Below are positions 10,222 through 20,509 of a DNA stretch of 64,000 bases, in pieces. The notes under the pieces are model-generated. The model was given only the letters and a program-made list of their open reading frames with translations. It searched no databases and was not told the DNA's origin. A program made the position numbers and the translations under genes. This DNA is from Escherichia coli (GTDB lineage: Bacteria > Pseudomonadota > Gammaproteobacteria > Enterobacterales > Enterobacteriaceae): the NCBI RefSeq assembly GCF_003334335.1, contig NZ_QOWQ01000014.1; one strand, written 5' to 3'. Within the stretch, counting starts at the first letter, position 1; each line of letters opens with the position of its first letter.

Positions 10222-11415
10222 TCAAATCTGTCGTAACTGCGCCTCAACATACAAATAGCCAATTCCCAGCACCTGTTGTGCGCGGCTTAATTGCCCAAAG
10301 CCAATTTGCGTCGCTTTCACGCTCGGTCCTTCGTCGCGGTCGAACGGGTTAAATCCTGTCTGGCGAATAATAGTATTAAGCCAGTTCTCACCAAAGGCAC
10401 AACTGCGACCGTACAACCAAATCTGATTAATATTGAGGATGTTGAGGAAGTTATACAGACTCAAACCAATGGCATTGGCAGAGCGATCAACCCAGCTGGT
10501 GATCCACGGTTCTCCACTTTGCCAGGCAGCGATTAACTGCGCTGTAGTCAGTTTTTCAGGATCAAGTTGAGTACTAACCGGTTGTGATTTTAGCCATACC
10601 CGCGCCTGTTTTTTTAATGCGCTTAACGAGGCGACGGTTTCCAGGCAGCCATAACGTCCACAGTCGCAGACGACGCCATCCGGATTAACGATGGTGTGAC
10701 CAATCTGTCCGCTACCATACAAACTGCCGCGATAAATTTGCTCGTTAATCACGAACGACGAGCCAATGCCGTAATCAACGTTGATCACGCAGAAATCCCG
10801 TTCCTGCGAATTATTTTGCCATTTCTCCGCCAGCGCCAGCATCACGCAGTCATTATCGACCATCACCCGAATGCCGAGCTTCTCTTCCAGCAGATATTTC
10901 ACCTCCACCGGCGTTGTCCACGGCGCTTGCGGCATGGTTTGCGACACGCCGGTCACAGGATCAACCTGACCGTGGATTGCCAACGCCAGGTTGATGGTAT
11001 GGTCCGGCCACAATTTACGGTGGCGATGCCAGCATTTTTCGATTTCGGACAGCAGCGCCTGCGGCGTCGGTGCATCAATCTGTAAATACTCAAATTCACC
11101 TTTCGGACTTAAACAAGCATTAGCAACCTGACACTCAATACTGGTGGGCGTCACGTTCAGGCACAGCGTCCAGTCACCTTCCGGCGCAATCAGCCATGTA
11201 CCGCTACTATGCCCGCGCGTCTGGCTTTCATCGTCAATATTCACCACCCGTTTTTCGCTTTCCAGTTCCTGCAAAATATTACTGACTGCCGGAATCGAAA
11301 TTTGCGCCAGCCGGGCCAGCGTTGATTTATTGGCGCGCTTTTGCCGGTACAGCAGTTCCAGAATCACGCATTTGTTATGGTGGCGAATCTGTTGATTATT
11401 AATGCAGGCTCTCAT
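10222..11415 (-). CDS. yphH: ROK-family (NagC/Mlc-like) transcriptional regulator, probable regulator of the divergent yph cluster
   Basis: ORF track 10222..11421 (-); first ATG is codon 3 (11413-11415); N-terminal HTH and C-terminal sugar-kinase-like ROK fold with Zn-binding C..C.C motif (CDCGRYGC). Confidence 0.85.
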   Translation of the reverse strand: MRACINNQQIRHHNKCVILELLYRQKRANKSTLARLAQISIPAVSNILQELESEKRVVNIDDESQTRGHSSGTWLIAPEGDWTLCLNVTPTSIECQVANACLSPKGEFEYLQIDAPTPQALLSEIEKCWHRHRKLWPDHTINLALAIHGQVDPVTGVSQTMPQAPWTTPVEVKYLLEEKLGIRVMVDNDCVMLALAEKWQNNSQERDFCVINVDYGIGSSFVINEQIYRGSLYGSGQIGHTIVNPDGVVCDCGRYGCLETVASLSALKKQARVWLKSQPVSTQLDPEKLTTAQLIAAWQSGEPWITSWVDRSANAIGLSLYNFLNILNINQIWLYGRSCAFGENWLNTIIRQTGFNPFDRDEGPSVKATQIGFGQLSRAQQVLGIGYLYVEAQLRQI

Positions 11416-11532
11416 CTTCACTAAACCTTGTTTAGTTAATTGCGTGATTATTCCGCGAAAACATTGCCAGATTGTTCAATACACTGCCACAAATCTTTTA
11501 ATTCAGTATGTCTTGTTAATATTGAGGGCACC

Positions 11533-14500
11533 ATGACTCCAGTAAAAGTGTGGCAAGAGCGCGTTGAGATCCCGACCTATGAAACCGGGCCGCAGGATAT
11601 ACATCCCATGTTCCTGGAAAATCGCGTTTATCAGGGATCGTCCGGCGCGGTTTATCCCTACGGCGTGACCGATACGCTGAGCGAGCAGAAAACCCTGAAA
11701 TCCTGGCAGGCGGTGTGGCTGGAAAACGACTACATCAAAGTGATGATCCTGCCGGAACTGGGCGGTCGGGTGCATCGCGCGTGGGATAAAGTGAAACAGC
11801 GCGATTTTGTTTATCACAATGAAGTCATTAAACCTGCGCTGGTGGGGCTGCTGGGGCCGTGGATTTCCGGTGGGATTGAGTTTAACTGGCCGCAACATCA
11901 TCGCCCGACCACCTTTATGCCCGTTGATTTCACCCTCGAAGCCCATGAAGACGGTGCACAGACGGTGTGGGTAGGCGAAACGGAGCCGATGCATGGTTTA
12001 CAGGTGATGACAGGTTTCACCCTGCGCCCTGACCGGGCGGCGCTGGAAATCGCCAGCCGCGTCTATAACGGGAACGCCACGCCGCGTCATTTCTTGTGGT
12101 GGGCCAACCCGGCAGTGAAAGGGGGGGAAGGGCATCAGAGCGTCTTCCCGCCGGATGTAACGGCGGTGTTTGATCACGGCAAACGGGCCGTCTCCGCTTT
12201 CCCCATCGCTACCGGCACTTACTACAAAGTGGACTACTCCGCTGGAGTGGACATTTCTCGCTATAAAAATGTGCCTGTTCCAACCTCATATATGGCCGAA
12301 AAATCGCAGTACGATTTTGTCGGCGCGTGGTGTCACGATGAAGATGGCGGTTTGCTGCACGTTGCCAACCACCATATTGCGCCAGGTAAAAAACAGTGGA
12401 GTTGGGGACACAGTGAATTTGGCCAGGCGTGGGATAAGAGTCTGACCGACAATAACGGCCCGTATATCGAACTGATGACCGGTATTTTTGCCGATAACCA
12501 GCCCGATTTTACCTGGCTTGATGCTTACGAAGAGAAGCGTTTTGAGCAGTATTTCCTGCCTTATCATTCTTTGGGCATGGTGCAAAATGCCTCCCGCGAT
12601 GCGGTGATAAAACTCCAGCGTAGTAAGCGGGGGATTGAGTGGGGGCTGTATGCCATCTCTCCGTTGAACGGATACCGCCTGGCGATCCGCGAAATCGGTA
12701 AATGCAACGCGTTACTTGATGATGCCGTGGCACTGATGCCTGCGACCGCCATCCAGGGCGTGTTGCACGGTATCAATCCTGAAAGGCTGACCATTGAGCT
12801 CTCCGATGCCGACGGCAATATTGTACTGAGTTATCAGGAACATCAGCCGCAAGCGTTGCCGTTACCGGACGTCGCCAAAGCGCCACTGGCAGCACAAGAC
12901 ATTACCAGTACAGATGAAGCCTGGTTTATCGGTCAGCATCTGGAGCAATATCATCACGCCAGCCGTTCACCGTTCGATTACTACCTGCGCGGCGTGGCGC
13001 TGGACCCGCTGGATTATCGCTGTAACCTGGCGCTGGCGATGCTGGAATATAACCGCGCAGATTTCCCGCAAGCGGTGGCGTATGCCACTCAGGCTCTGAA
13101 ACGCGCACATTCGCTGAACAAAAATCCGCAGTGCGGACAGGCGAGTTTGATTCGCGCCAGTGCTTACGAACGTCAGGGACAATATCAACAAGCCGAAGAG
13201 GATTTCTGGCGTGCGGTCTGGAGCGGCAACAGCAAAGCCGGTGGCTATTATGGCCTGGCACGACTGGCGGCGCGTAATGGTAACTTCGACGCTGGTCTGG
13301 ATTTTTGCCAACAAAGTCTTCGCGCCTGCCCAACCAATCAGGAAGTGCTTTGCCTGCATAATCTGCTGCTGGTGTTAAGTGGTCGTCAGGACAACGCGCG
13401 TGTGCAGCGCGAGAAACTGCTGCGCGATTATCCGCTGAACGCCACTCTGTGGTGGCTGAACTGGTTCGATGGTCGTAGCGAATCAGCTCTCGCGCAGTGG
13501 CGCGGTCTGTGTCAGGGACGCGACGTTAACGCCCTGATGACCGCCGGGCAACTGATTAACTGGGGAATGCCCACCCTGGCGGCAGAGATGCTGAACGCAC
13601 TGGACTGCCAGCGCACGCTGCCGCTTTACCTGCAAGCCAGCTTGCTGCCGAAAGCCGAACGTGGCGAACTGGTCGCAAAAGCCATTGATGTCTTCCCGCA
13701 GTTTGTCCGTTTCCCGAATACGCTGGAAGAAGTGGCGGCGCTGGAGAGTATTGAAGAGTGCTGGTTTGCTCGCCATTTACTAGCTTGCTTCTACTACAAC
13801 AAACGTAGCTACAACAAAGCCATTGCCTTTTGGCAACGTTGCGTAGAGATGTCGCCGGAGTTTGCCGACGGCTGGCGCGGGTTAGCGATCCATGCGTGGA
13901 ATAAGCAACACGATTATGAGCTGGCCGCGCGTTATCTTGATAATGCTTATCAGCTTGCGCCGCAGGATGCACGTCTGCTTTTCGAACGGGATTTGCTGGA
14001 TAAGTTAAGTGGAGCCACACCGGAGAAACGACTGGCGCGTCTGGAAAATAATCTGGAAATTGCGCTGAAACGCGACGACATGACCGCAGAACTGCTCAAT
14101 TTGTGGCATCTCACGGGTCAGGCAGACAAAGCGGCGGACATTCTCGCCACGCGCAAATTCCACCCGTGGGAAGGCGGGGAAGGGAAGGTCACCAGTCAGT
14201 TTATCCTCAACCAGTTATTACGCGCCTGGCAGCATCTTGATGCCAGACAGCCGCAGCAGGCCTGCGAACTGCTTCATGCCGCGCTGCATTATCCGGAGAA
14301 TTTAAGCGAAGGCCGTTTACCGGGGCAAACTGATAACGACATCTGGTTCTGGCAGGCGATATGCGCCAACGCGCAGGGCGATGAAACTGAAGCGACGCGT
14401 TGTTTACGTCTGGCGGCGACCGGCGATCGCACTATTAACATTCACAGTTATTACAACGATCAGCCGGTTGATTATCTCTTCTGGCAAGGGATGGCGCTGC

Positions 14501-14814
14501 GACTGCTGGGCGAACAACAAACCGCACAGCAACTGTTTAGTGAAATGAAACAGTGGGCGCAAGAGATGGCGAAAACCAGTATCGAAGCGGATTTCTTTGC
14601 CGTCTCGCAACCTGACTTGTTGTCGCTGTATGGCGATTTACAACAGCAGCATAAAGAAAAATGCCTGATGGTGGCGATGCTGGCGTCCGCGGGACTCGGG
14701 GAGGTTGCGCAATATGAGTCTGCTCGCGCTGAATTGACGGCGATTAATCCGGCTTGGCCGAAAGCGGCATTATTCACCACCGTGATGCCTTTTATTTTTA
14801 ACCGCGTTCACTAA
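11533..14814 (+). CDS. yphG: large (1093-aa) protein of unknown function, N-terminal beta-rich domain plus C-terminal TPR-like helical repeats
   Basis: ORF track 11440..14814; start taken at ATG 11533 (MTPVKVWQER...); divergent from yphH and followed by the ABC transporter genes. Confidence 0.85.
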   Translation: MTPVKVWQERVEIPTYETGPQDIHPMFLENRVYQGSSGAVYPYGVTDTLSEQKTLKSWQAVWLENDYIKVMILPELGGRVHRAWDKVKQRDFVYHNEVIKPALVGLLGPWISGGIEFNWPQHHRPTTFMPVDFTLEAHEDGAQTVWVGETEPMHGLQVMTGFTLRPDRAALEIASRVYNGNATPRHFLWWANPAVKGGEGHQSVFPPDVTAVFDHGKRAVSAFPIATGTYYKVDYSAGVDISRYKNVPVPTSYMAEKSQYDFVGAWCHDEDGGLLHVANHHIAPGKKQWSWGHSEFGQAWDKSLTDNNGPYIELMTGIFADNQPDFTWLDAYEEKRFEQYFLPYHSLGMVQNASRDAVIKLQRSKRGIEWGLYAISPLNGYRLAIREIGKCNALLDDAVALMPATAIQGVLHGINPERLTIELSDADGNIVLSYQEHQPQALPLPDVAKAPLAAQDITSTDEAWFIGQHLEQYHHASRSPFDYYLRGVALDPLDYRCNLALAMLEYNRADFPQAVAYATQALKRAHSLNKNPQCGQASLIRASAYERQGQYQQAEEDFWRAVWSGNSKAGGYYGLARLAARNGNFDAGLDFCQQSLRACPTNQEVLCLHNLLLVLSGRQDNARVQREKLLRDYPLNATLWWLNWFDGRSESALAQWRGLCQGRDVNALMTAGQLINWGMPTLAAEMLNALDCQRTLPLYLQASLLPKAERGELVAKAIDVFPQFVRFPNTLEEVAALESIEECWFARHLLACFYYNKRSYNKAIAFWQRCVEMSPEFADGWRGLAIHAWNKQHDYELAARYLDNAYQLAPQDARLLFERDLLDKLSGATPEKRLARLENNLEIALKRDDMTAELLNLWHLTGQADKAADILATRKFHPWEGGEGKVTSQFILNQLLRAWQHLDARQPQQACELLHAALHYPENLSEGRLPGQTDNDIWFWQAICANAQGDETEATRCLRLAATGDRTINIHSYYNDQPVDYLFWQGMALRLLGEQQTAQQLFSEMKQWAQEMAKTSIEADFFAVSQPDLLSLYGDLQQQHKEKCLMVAMLASAGLGEVAQYESARAELTAINPAWPKAALFTTVMPFIFNRVH

Positions 14815-14910
14815 ACCCTATTAACTGTAATATTTGAGCGGCACGCGCTGCCGCTCATCACAAAATAATTAGAATAAGCCGTTGTTAATAAAAACCCTAC
14901 AGGAGGCTCT

Positions 14911-15894
14911 ATGCCTACAAAAATGAGAACAACCCGTAATCTATTATTAATGGCTACGCTATTAGGTAGCGCACTATTTGCCAGGGCTGCGGAAAAAGAA
15001 ATGACCATTGGCGCAATATACCTTGATACTCAGGGATACTACGCTGGAGTGCGTCAGGGCGTTCAGGATGCGGCAAAAGATTCCTCAGTACAAGTTCAGT
15101 TAATAGAAACTAACGCCCAGGGTGATATTTCGAAAGAAAGTACCTTTGTTGATACCCTCGTGGCGCGTAATGTCGATGCCATTATTTTATCGGCAGTGTC
15201 TGAAAATGGCAGTAGCCGTACCGTTCGTCGCGCCAGTGAAGCGGGCATTCCGGTGATTTGCTACAACACCTGTATTAATCAAAAGGGGGTCGATAAATAT
15301 GTCTCGGCGTATCTGGTCGGCGATCCGCTGGAATTTGGTAAAAAACTGGGTAACGCTGCCGCTGATTATTTTATTGCCAATAAAATTGACCAGCCGAAAA
15401 TTGCCGTCATCAATTGCGAAGCCTTTGAAGTTTGTGTGCAGCGACGTAAAGGATTTGAAGAAGTTTTAAAATCCCGCGTTCCCGGCGCGCAAATTGTCGC
15501 TAATCAGGAAGGGACTGTTTTAGATAAAGCGATTTCCGTTGGTGAAAAACTAATTATCTCCACGCCGGATCTCAACGCCATTATGGGGGAATCGGGCGGT
15601 GCGACACTCGGCGCGGTAAAAGCGGTACGTAATCAAAATCAGGCCGGAAAAATTGCTGTTTTCGGTTCGGATATGACAACCGAAATTGCTCAGGAGCTGG
15701 AAAACAATCAGGTGCTGAAAGCGGTAGTGGATATTTCCGGTAAGAAAATGGGCAATGCTGTTTTCGCGCAAACATTGAAGGTTATCAATAAACAAGCCGA
15801 CGGTGAAAAAGTGATTCAGGTGCCTATCGATCTCTATACCAAAACGGAAGACGGTAAACAGTGGCTGGCAACGCACGTTGATGGTCTGCCCTAA
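14911..15894 (+). CDS. yphF: periplasmic sugar-binding protein of an ABC transporter
   Basis: AGGAGG RBS at 14901-14906; cleavable signal peptide; ribose-binding-protein-like fold by sequence character. Confidence 0.9.
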   Translation: MPTKMRTTRNLLLMATLLGSALFARAAEKEMTIGAIYLDTQGYYAGVRQGVQDAAKDSSVQVQLIETNAQGDISKESTFVDTLVARNVDAIILSAVSENGSSRTVRRASEAGIPVICYNTCINQKGVDKYVSAYLVGDPLEFGKKLGNAAADYFIANKIDQPKIAVINCEAFEVCVQRRKGFEEVLKSRVPGAQIVANQEGTVLDKAISVGEKLIISTPDLNAIMGESGGATLGAVKAVRNQNQAGKIAVFGSDMTTEIAQELENNQVLKAVVDISGKKMGNAVFAQTLKVINKQADGEKVIQVPIDLYTKTEDGKQWLATHVDGLP

Positions 15895-15916
15895 TCGCTG
15901 ATTCGCAGAGGTCCCT

Positions 15917-17428
15917 ATGTTCACGGCAACAGAGGCAGTCCCGGTAGCAAAAGTGGTGGCAGGAAATAAGCGTTATCCCGGCGTCGTTGCGCTGGATAAC
16001 GTTAACTTCACGCTCAATAAAGGCGAAGTTCGTGCGCTGTTAGGTAAAAACGGCGCGGGCAAATCGACTCTCATTCGAATGCTTACCGGCAGCGAACGCC
16101 CGGATAGCGGTGATATCTGGATTGGCGAGACGCGACTGGAAGGTGACGAAGCTACGCTGACTCGCCGTGCCGCTGAACTGGGGGTGCGCGCGGTTTATCA
16201 GGAGTTAAGTCTGGTGGAAGGGCTGACAGTGGCGGAAAACCTCTGCCTCGGTCAGTGGCCCCGCCGCAACGGCATGATTGATTACCTGCAAATGGCGCAG
16301 GATGCCCAACGTTGCTTACAGGCGCTGGGCGTTGACGTTAGTCCTGAACAACTTGTTTCAACGCTAAGCCCGGCGCAAAAGCAGCTGGTGGAAATTGCGC
16401 GGGTGATGAAGGGCGAGCCGCGCGTGGTCATTCTTGATGAACCTACCAGTTCGCTTGCGAGTGCGGAAGTTGAACTGGTGATCAGCGCGGTGAAAAAGAT
16501 GTCGGCACTGGGCGTGGCGGTGATTTATGTCAGCCACCGGATGGAAGAAATTCGCCGCATTGCCTCCTGTGCCACCGTTATGCGCGATGGTCAGGTGGCG
16601 GGCGATGTGATGCTCGAAAACACCTCCACGCATCATATTGTGTCGCTGATGCTCGGGCGCGATCACGTTGATATTGCGCCGGTAGCCCCTCAGGAAATTG
16701 TGGATCAGGCCGTGCTGGAAGTCCGTGCGTTACGCCATAAGCCCAAGCTGGAGGATATCAGTTTTACGCTACGTCGTGGCGAAGTGCTCGGCATTGCTGG
16801 TCTGCTGGGGGCAGGGCGCAGTGAATTGCTGAAGGCGATTGTTGGGCTGGAGGAGTATGAACAGGGCGAAATTGTTATCAACGGCGAGAAAATCACGCGC
16901 CCCGATTACGGCGACATGCTGAAACGCGGCATTGGCTATACGCCAGAAAACCGCAAAGAAGCGGGGATCATTCCCTGGTTGGGCGTTGACGAAAATACAG
17001 TGCTGACCAATCGGCAAAAAATCAGCGCCAACGGTGTGCTGCAATGGTCCACCATCCGCCGCCTGACCGAAGAGGTGATGCAGCGGATGACGGTCAAGGC
17101 CGCCAGTAGCGAAACACCCATCGGCACGCTTTCTGGTGGCAATCAGCAAAAAGTGGTGATCGGTCGTTGGGTCTATGCTGCCAGCCAGATTTTGTTGCTC
17201 GACGAGCCAACGCGCGGCGTCGATATCGAAGCCAAACAGCAGATTTACCGTATTGTCCGTGAGCTGGCTGCCGAAGGAAAAAGCGTGGTGTTTATCTCCA
17301 GTGAAGTGGAGGAGTTGCCGCTGGTGTGTGACCGCATCCTGTTATTACAGCACGGCACGTTCTCGCAGGAGTTTCACGCTCCGGTCAATGTGGATGAGCT
17401 GATGTCCGCCATTCTGTCTGTGCACTGA
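15917..17428 (+). CDS. yphE: ABC transporter ATP-binding protein with two fused nucleotide-binding domains
   Basis: Two Walker A motifs (GKNGAGKST and GLLGAGRSEL) and two signature motifs (LSPAQKQL, LSGGNQQK). Confidence 0.9.
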   Translation: MFTATEAVPVAKVVAGNKRYPGVVALDNVNFTLNKGEVRALLGKNGAGKSTLIRMLTGSERPDSGDIWIGETRLEGDEATLTRRAAELGVRAVYQELSLVEGLTVAENLCLGQWPRRNGMIDYLQMAQDAQRCLQALGVDVSPEQLVSTLSPAQKQLVEIARVMKGEPRVVILDEPTSSLASAEVELVISAVKKMSALGVAVIYVSHRMEEIRRIASCATVMRDGQVAGDVMLENTSTHHIVSLMLGRDHVDIAPVAPQEIVDQAVLEVRALRHKPKLEDISFTLRRGEVLGIAGLLGAGRSELLKAIVGLEEYEQGEIVINGEKITRPDYGDMLKRGIGYTPENRKEAGIIPWLGVDENTVLTNRQKISANGVLQWSTIRRLTEEVMQRMTVKAASSETPIGTLSGGNQQKVVIGRWVYAASQILLLDEPTRGVDIEAKQQIYRIVRELAAEGKSVVFISSEVEELPLVCDRILLLQHGTFSQEFHAPVNVDELMSAILSVH

Positions 17429-17452
17429 TGAATTTTACCGAGGAACCTGAAG

Positions 17453-18451
17453 ATGTCTGCTTCGTCATTACCATTGCCGCAGGGCAAGAGCGTCTCGCTC
17501 AAACAATTTGTCAGTCGCCATATTAATGAGATCGGTTTGCTGGTGGTGATTGCCATTCTTTATCTGGTCTTCTCCCTGAACGCGCCTGGCTTTATCTCAT
17601 TGAATAACCAGATGAACGTGCTGCGCGATGCCGCCACCATTGGGATTGCCGCCTGGGCGATGACGCTGATTATTATCTCCGGTGAAATTGATGTCAGCGT
17701 TGGGCCGATGGTGGCTTTTGTCTCGGTGTGCCTGGCATTTTTGCTGCAATTTGAAGTTCCGCTGGCGGTGGCGTGCCTGCTGGTGTTGCTGTTAGGCGCG
17801 CTGATGGGAACGCTGGCCGGGGTGCTGCGCGGCGTGTTTAATGTACCAAGTTTCGTTGCCACACTGGGGCTGTGGAGCGCCCTGCGCGGAATGGGGCTGT
17901 TTATGACGAACGCACTGCCAGTGCCGATTGATGAAAACGAGGTGCTGGACTGGCTGGGCGGACAATTTCTCGGTGTGCCGGTATCCGCGCTGATCATGAT
18001 TGTGTTGTTTGCGCTGTTTGTGTTCATCAGCCGCAAAACCGCCTTCGGGCGCTCGGTTTTTGCCGTTGGCGGTAATGCTACGGCGGCGCAGTTGTGCGGC
18101 ATCAACGTTCGTCGGGTGCGCATTCTTATCTTTACCCTTTCGGGATTATTAGCGGCGGTGACCGGCATTTTGTTGGCGGCGCGCCTCAGTTCTGGTAACG
18201 CAGGTGCCGCAAACGGTCTGGAGTTTGACGTCATCGCCGCGGTCGTGGTCGGCGGTACGGCACTTTCCGGCGGTCGCGGTTCCCTGTTCGGTACATTGCT
18301 TGGTGTGCTGGTGATTACGCTAATCGGTAACGGTCTGGTGCTGCTCGGTATTAACTCCTTTTTCCAGCAGGTGGTACGCGGCGTCATCATCGTGGTGGCG
18401 GTGCTGGCGAATATCTTGCTGACCCAGCGAAGCAGTAAAGCGAAACGCTAA
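17453..18451 (+). CDS. yphD: ABC transporter permease (ribose/monosaccharide-type)
   Basis: 332-aa polytopic hydrophobic protein directly downstream of yphE. Confidence 0.9.
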   Translation: MSASSLPLPQGKSVSLKQFVSRHINEIGLLVVIAILYLVFSLNAPGFISLNNQMNVLRDAATIGIAAWAMTLIIISGEIDVSVGPMVAFVSVCLAFLLQFEVPLAVACLLVLLLGALMGTLAGVLRGVFNVPSFVATLGLWSALRGMGLFMTNALPVPIDENEVLDWLGGQFLGVPVSALIMIVLFALFVFISRKTAFGRSVFAVGGNATAAQLCGINVRRVRILIFTLSGLLAAVTGILLAARLSSGNAGAANGLEFDVIAAVVVGGTALSGGRGSLFGTLLGVLVITLIGNGLVLLGINSFFQQVVRGVIIVVAVLANILLTQRSSKAKR

Positions 18452-18516
18452 ACCTTAACGCCCCTGGCGCGGGTGCGGCAGGGATGAAAATTAATCGTAT
18501 TGTTAATGAGGGATTT

Positions 18517-19578
18517 ATGAAAACGATGCTGGCAGCTTATTTACCAGGAAATTCGACCGTCGATCTGCGGGAAGTTGCGGTGCCGACGCCGGGGATTAAC
18601 CAGGTACTGATCAAAATGAAATCCTCCGGGATTTGCGGAAGCGATGTCCACTATATCTATCATCAACACCGTGCCACAGCGGCGGCACCCGATAAACCGT
18701 TATACCAGGGCTTTATCAACGGTCATGAACCGTGCGGGCAGATTGTGGCGATGGGGCAAGGCTGCCGCCATTTTAAAGAGGGCGACCGCGTGCTGGTGTA
18801 TCACATTTCTGGCTGTGGTTTTTGCCCGAACTGCCGTCGCGGTTTTCCTATTTCTTGTACTGGCGAAGGAAAAGCGGCTTACGGCTGGCAGCGTGACGGC
18901 GGTCATGCCGAATACTTGCTGGCGGAAGAAAAAGATCTGATCCTCCTGCCGGATGCGCTGAGCTACGAAGATGGTGCGTTTATCAGTTGCGGCGTTGGTA
19001 CAGCGTATGAAGGAATTTTGCGCGGCGAAGTTTCCGGCAGTGATAACGTGCTGGTGGTCGGTCTGGGGCCAGTCGGCATGATGGCGATGATGCTGGCGAA
19101 AGGTCGCGGTGCAAAACGGATCATCGGCGTTGATATGCTGCCGGAACGTCTGGCGATGGCAAAACAGTTAGGGGTGATGGATCACGGCTATTTAGCAACC
19201 ACCGAAGGTCTGCCGCAGATTATCGCCGAACTCACCCACGGTGGCGCGGATGTTGCGCTCGATTGTTCCGGTAATGCCGCAGGTCGCTTGCTGGCACTGC
19301 AATCCACCGCTGACTGGGGACGGGTGGTTTACATTGGTGAAACCGGAAAAGTGGAATTCGAGGTCAGCGCCGATCTGATGCACCATCAACGGCGGATTAT
19401 CGGCTCCTGGGTGACCAGTCTGTTCCATATGGAAAAATGCGCCCATGATCTGACGGACTGGAAGCTGTGGCCGCGTAACGCCATTACCCATCGCTTCTCG
19501 CTGGAACAGGCAGGTGATGCCTATGCGCTGATGGCGAGCGGCAAATGCGGGAAAGTTGTGATTAACTTCCCGGATTAA
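18517..19578 (+). CDS. yphC: Zn-dependent alcohol/polyol dehydrogenase (MDR family)
   Basis: ORF track 18484..19578; start ATG 18517 after GAGGG; catalytic Zn motif GHEPCGQIV and structural Zn cysteines CGFCPNCRRG. Confidence 0.85.
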   Translation: MKTMLAAYLPGNSTVDLREVAVPTPGINQVLIKMKSSGICGSDVHYIYHQHRATAAAPDKPLYQGFINGHEPCGQIVAMGQGCRHFKEGDRVLVYHISGCGFCPNCRRGFPISCTGEGKAAYGWQRDGGHAEYLLAEEKDLILLPDALSYEDGAFISCGVGTAYEGILRGEVSGSDNVLVVGLGPVGMMAMMLAKGRGAKRIIGVDMLPERLAMAKQLGVMDHGYLATTEGLPQIIAELTHGGADVALDCSGNAAGRLLALQSTADWGRVVYIGETGKVEFEVSADLMHHQRRIIGSWVTSLFHMEKCAHDLTDWKLWPRNAITHRFSLEQAGDAYALMASGKCGKVVINFPD

Positions 19579-19589
19579 GGAGTTAGCGG

Positions 19590-20462
19590 ATGACCATCTA
19601 TACCTTATCCCACGGGTCGCTAAAGCTGGACGTTTCTGACCAGGGCGGCGTAATCGAAGGCTTCTGGCGCGATACGACGCCGCTCTTACGTCCTGGTAAA
19701 AAAAGCGGTGTGGCAACCGATGCCTCATGTTTTCCGCTGGTGCCATTTGCAAACCGGGTGAGCGGCAATCGTTTTGTCTGGCAGGGGCGTGAGTATCAAC
19801 TGCAACCGAATGTTGAGTGGGATGCGCACTATCTACACGGCGATGGCTGGCTGGGCGAGTGGCAATGTGTCTCGCACAGCGATGATAGTTTGTGTCTGGT
19901 GTATGAACATCGCAGCGGTGTCTATCACTATCGGGTAAGTCAGGCGTTTCATTTAACGGCGGATACGCTGACGGTGACGCTCTCTGTCACCAATCAAGGG
20001 GCAGAGACGCTGCCATTTGGTACCGGCTGGCATCCTTATTTTCCGTTGTCGCCGCAAACGCGGATTCAGGCACAGGCGAGCGGTTACTGGCTGGAGCGGG
20101 AGCAGTGGCTGGCGGGTGAGTTTTGCGAGCAGCTACCGCAGGAACTGGATTTTAACCAGCCCGCGCCGTTGCCGCGCCAGTGGGTGAACAATGGTTTTGC
20201 CGGATGGAATGGTCAGGCCCGCATCGAGCAGCCGCAGGAAGGTTATGCCATCATCATGGAAACGACGCCACCTGCACCGTGTTATTTCATCTTTGTTTCC
20301 GACCCTGCGTTTGATAAAGGATATGCGTTTGATTTCTTCTGTCTGGAACCGATGAGCCATGCGCCGGATGATCATCATCGCCCGGAAGGGGGTGATCTCA
20401 TTGCGCTAGCACCAGGGGAATCAACAACTTCAGAGATGTCGTTGCGGGTAGAGTGGCTGTAA
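19590..20462 (+). CDS. yphB: aldose 1-epimerase (mutarotase)-like protein
   Basis: 290-aa ORF 12 nt after yphC; family assignment is from recognition of the YphB product, not from motif analysis. Confidence 0.85.
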   Translation: MTIYTLSHGSLKLDVSDQGGVIEGFWRDTTPLLRPGKKSGVATDASCFPLVPFANRVSGNRFVWQGREYQLQPNVEWDAHYLHGDGWLGEWQCVSHSDDSLCLVYEHRSGVYHYRVSQAFHLTADTLTVTLSVTNQGAETLPFGTGWHPYFPLSPQTRIQAQASGYWLEREQWLAGEFCEQLPQELDFNQPAPLPRQWVNNGFAGWNGQARIEQPQEGYAIIMETTPPAPCYFIFVSDPAFDKGYAFDFFCLEPMSHAPDDHHRPEGGDLIALAPGESTTSEMSLRVEWL

Positions 20463-20471
20463 TTTATTAAA

Positions 20472-20503
20472 TGCCGGATAAGGCGTTCACGCCGCATCCG
20501 GCA
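20472..20503. repeat. single REP palindrome
   Basis: tgccggataaggcgttcacgccgcatccggca between convergent yphB and yphA. Confidence 0.7.
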
Positions 20504-20509
20504 TCTTTC

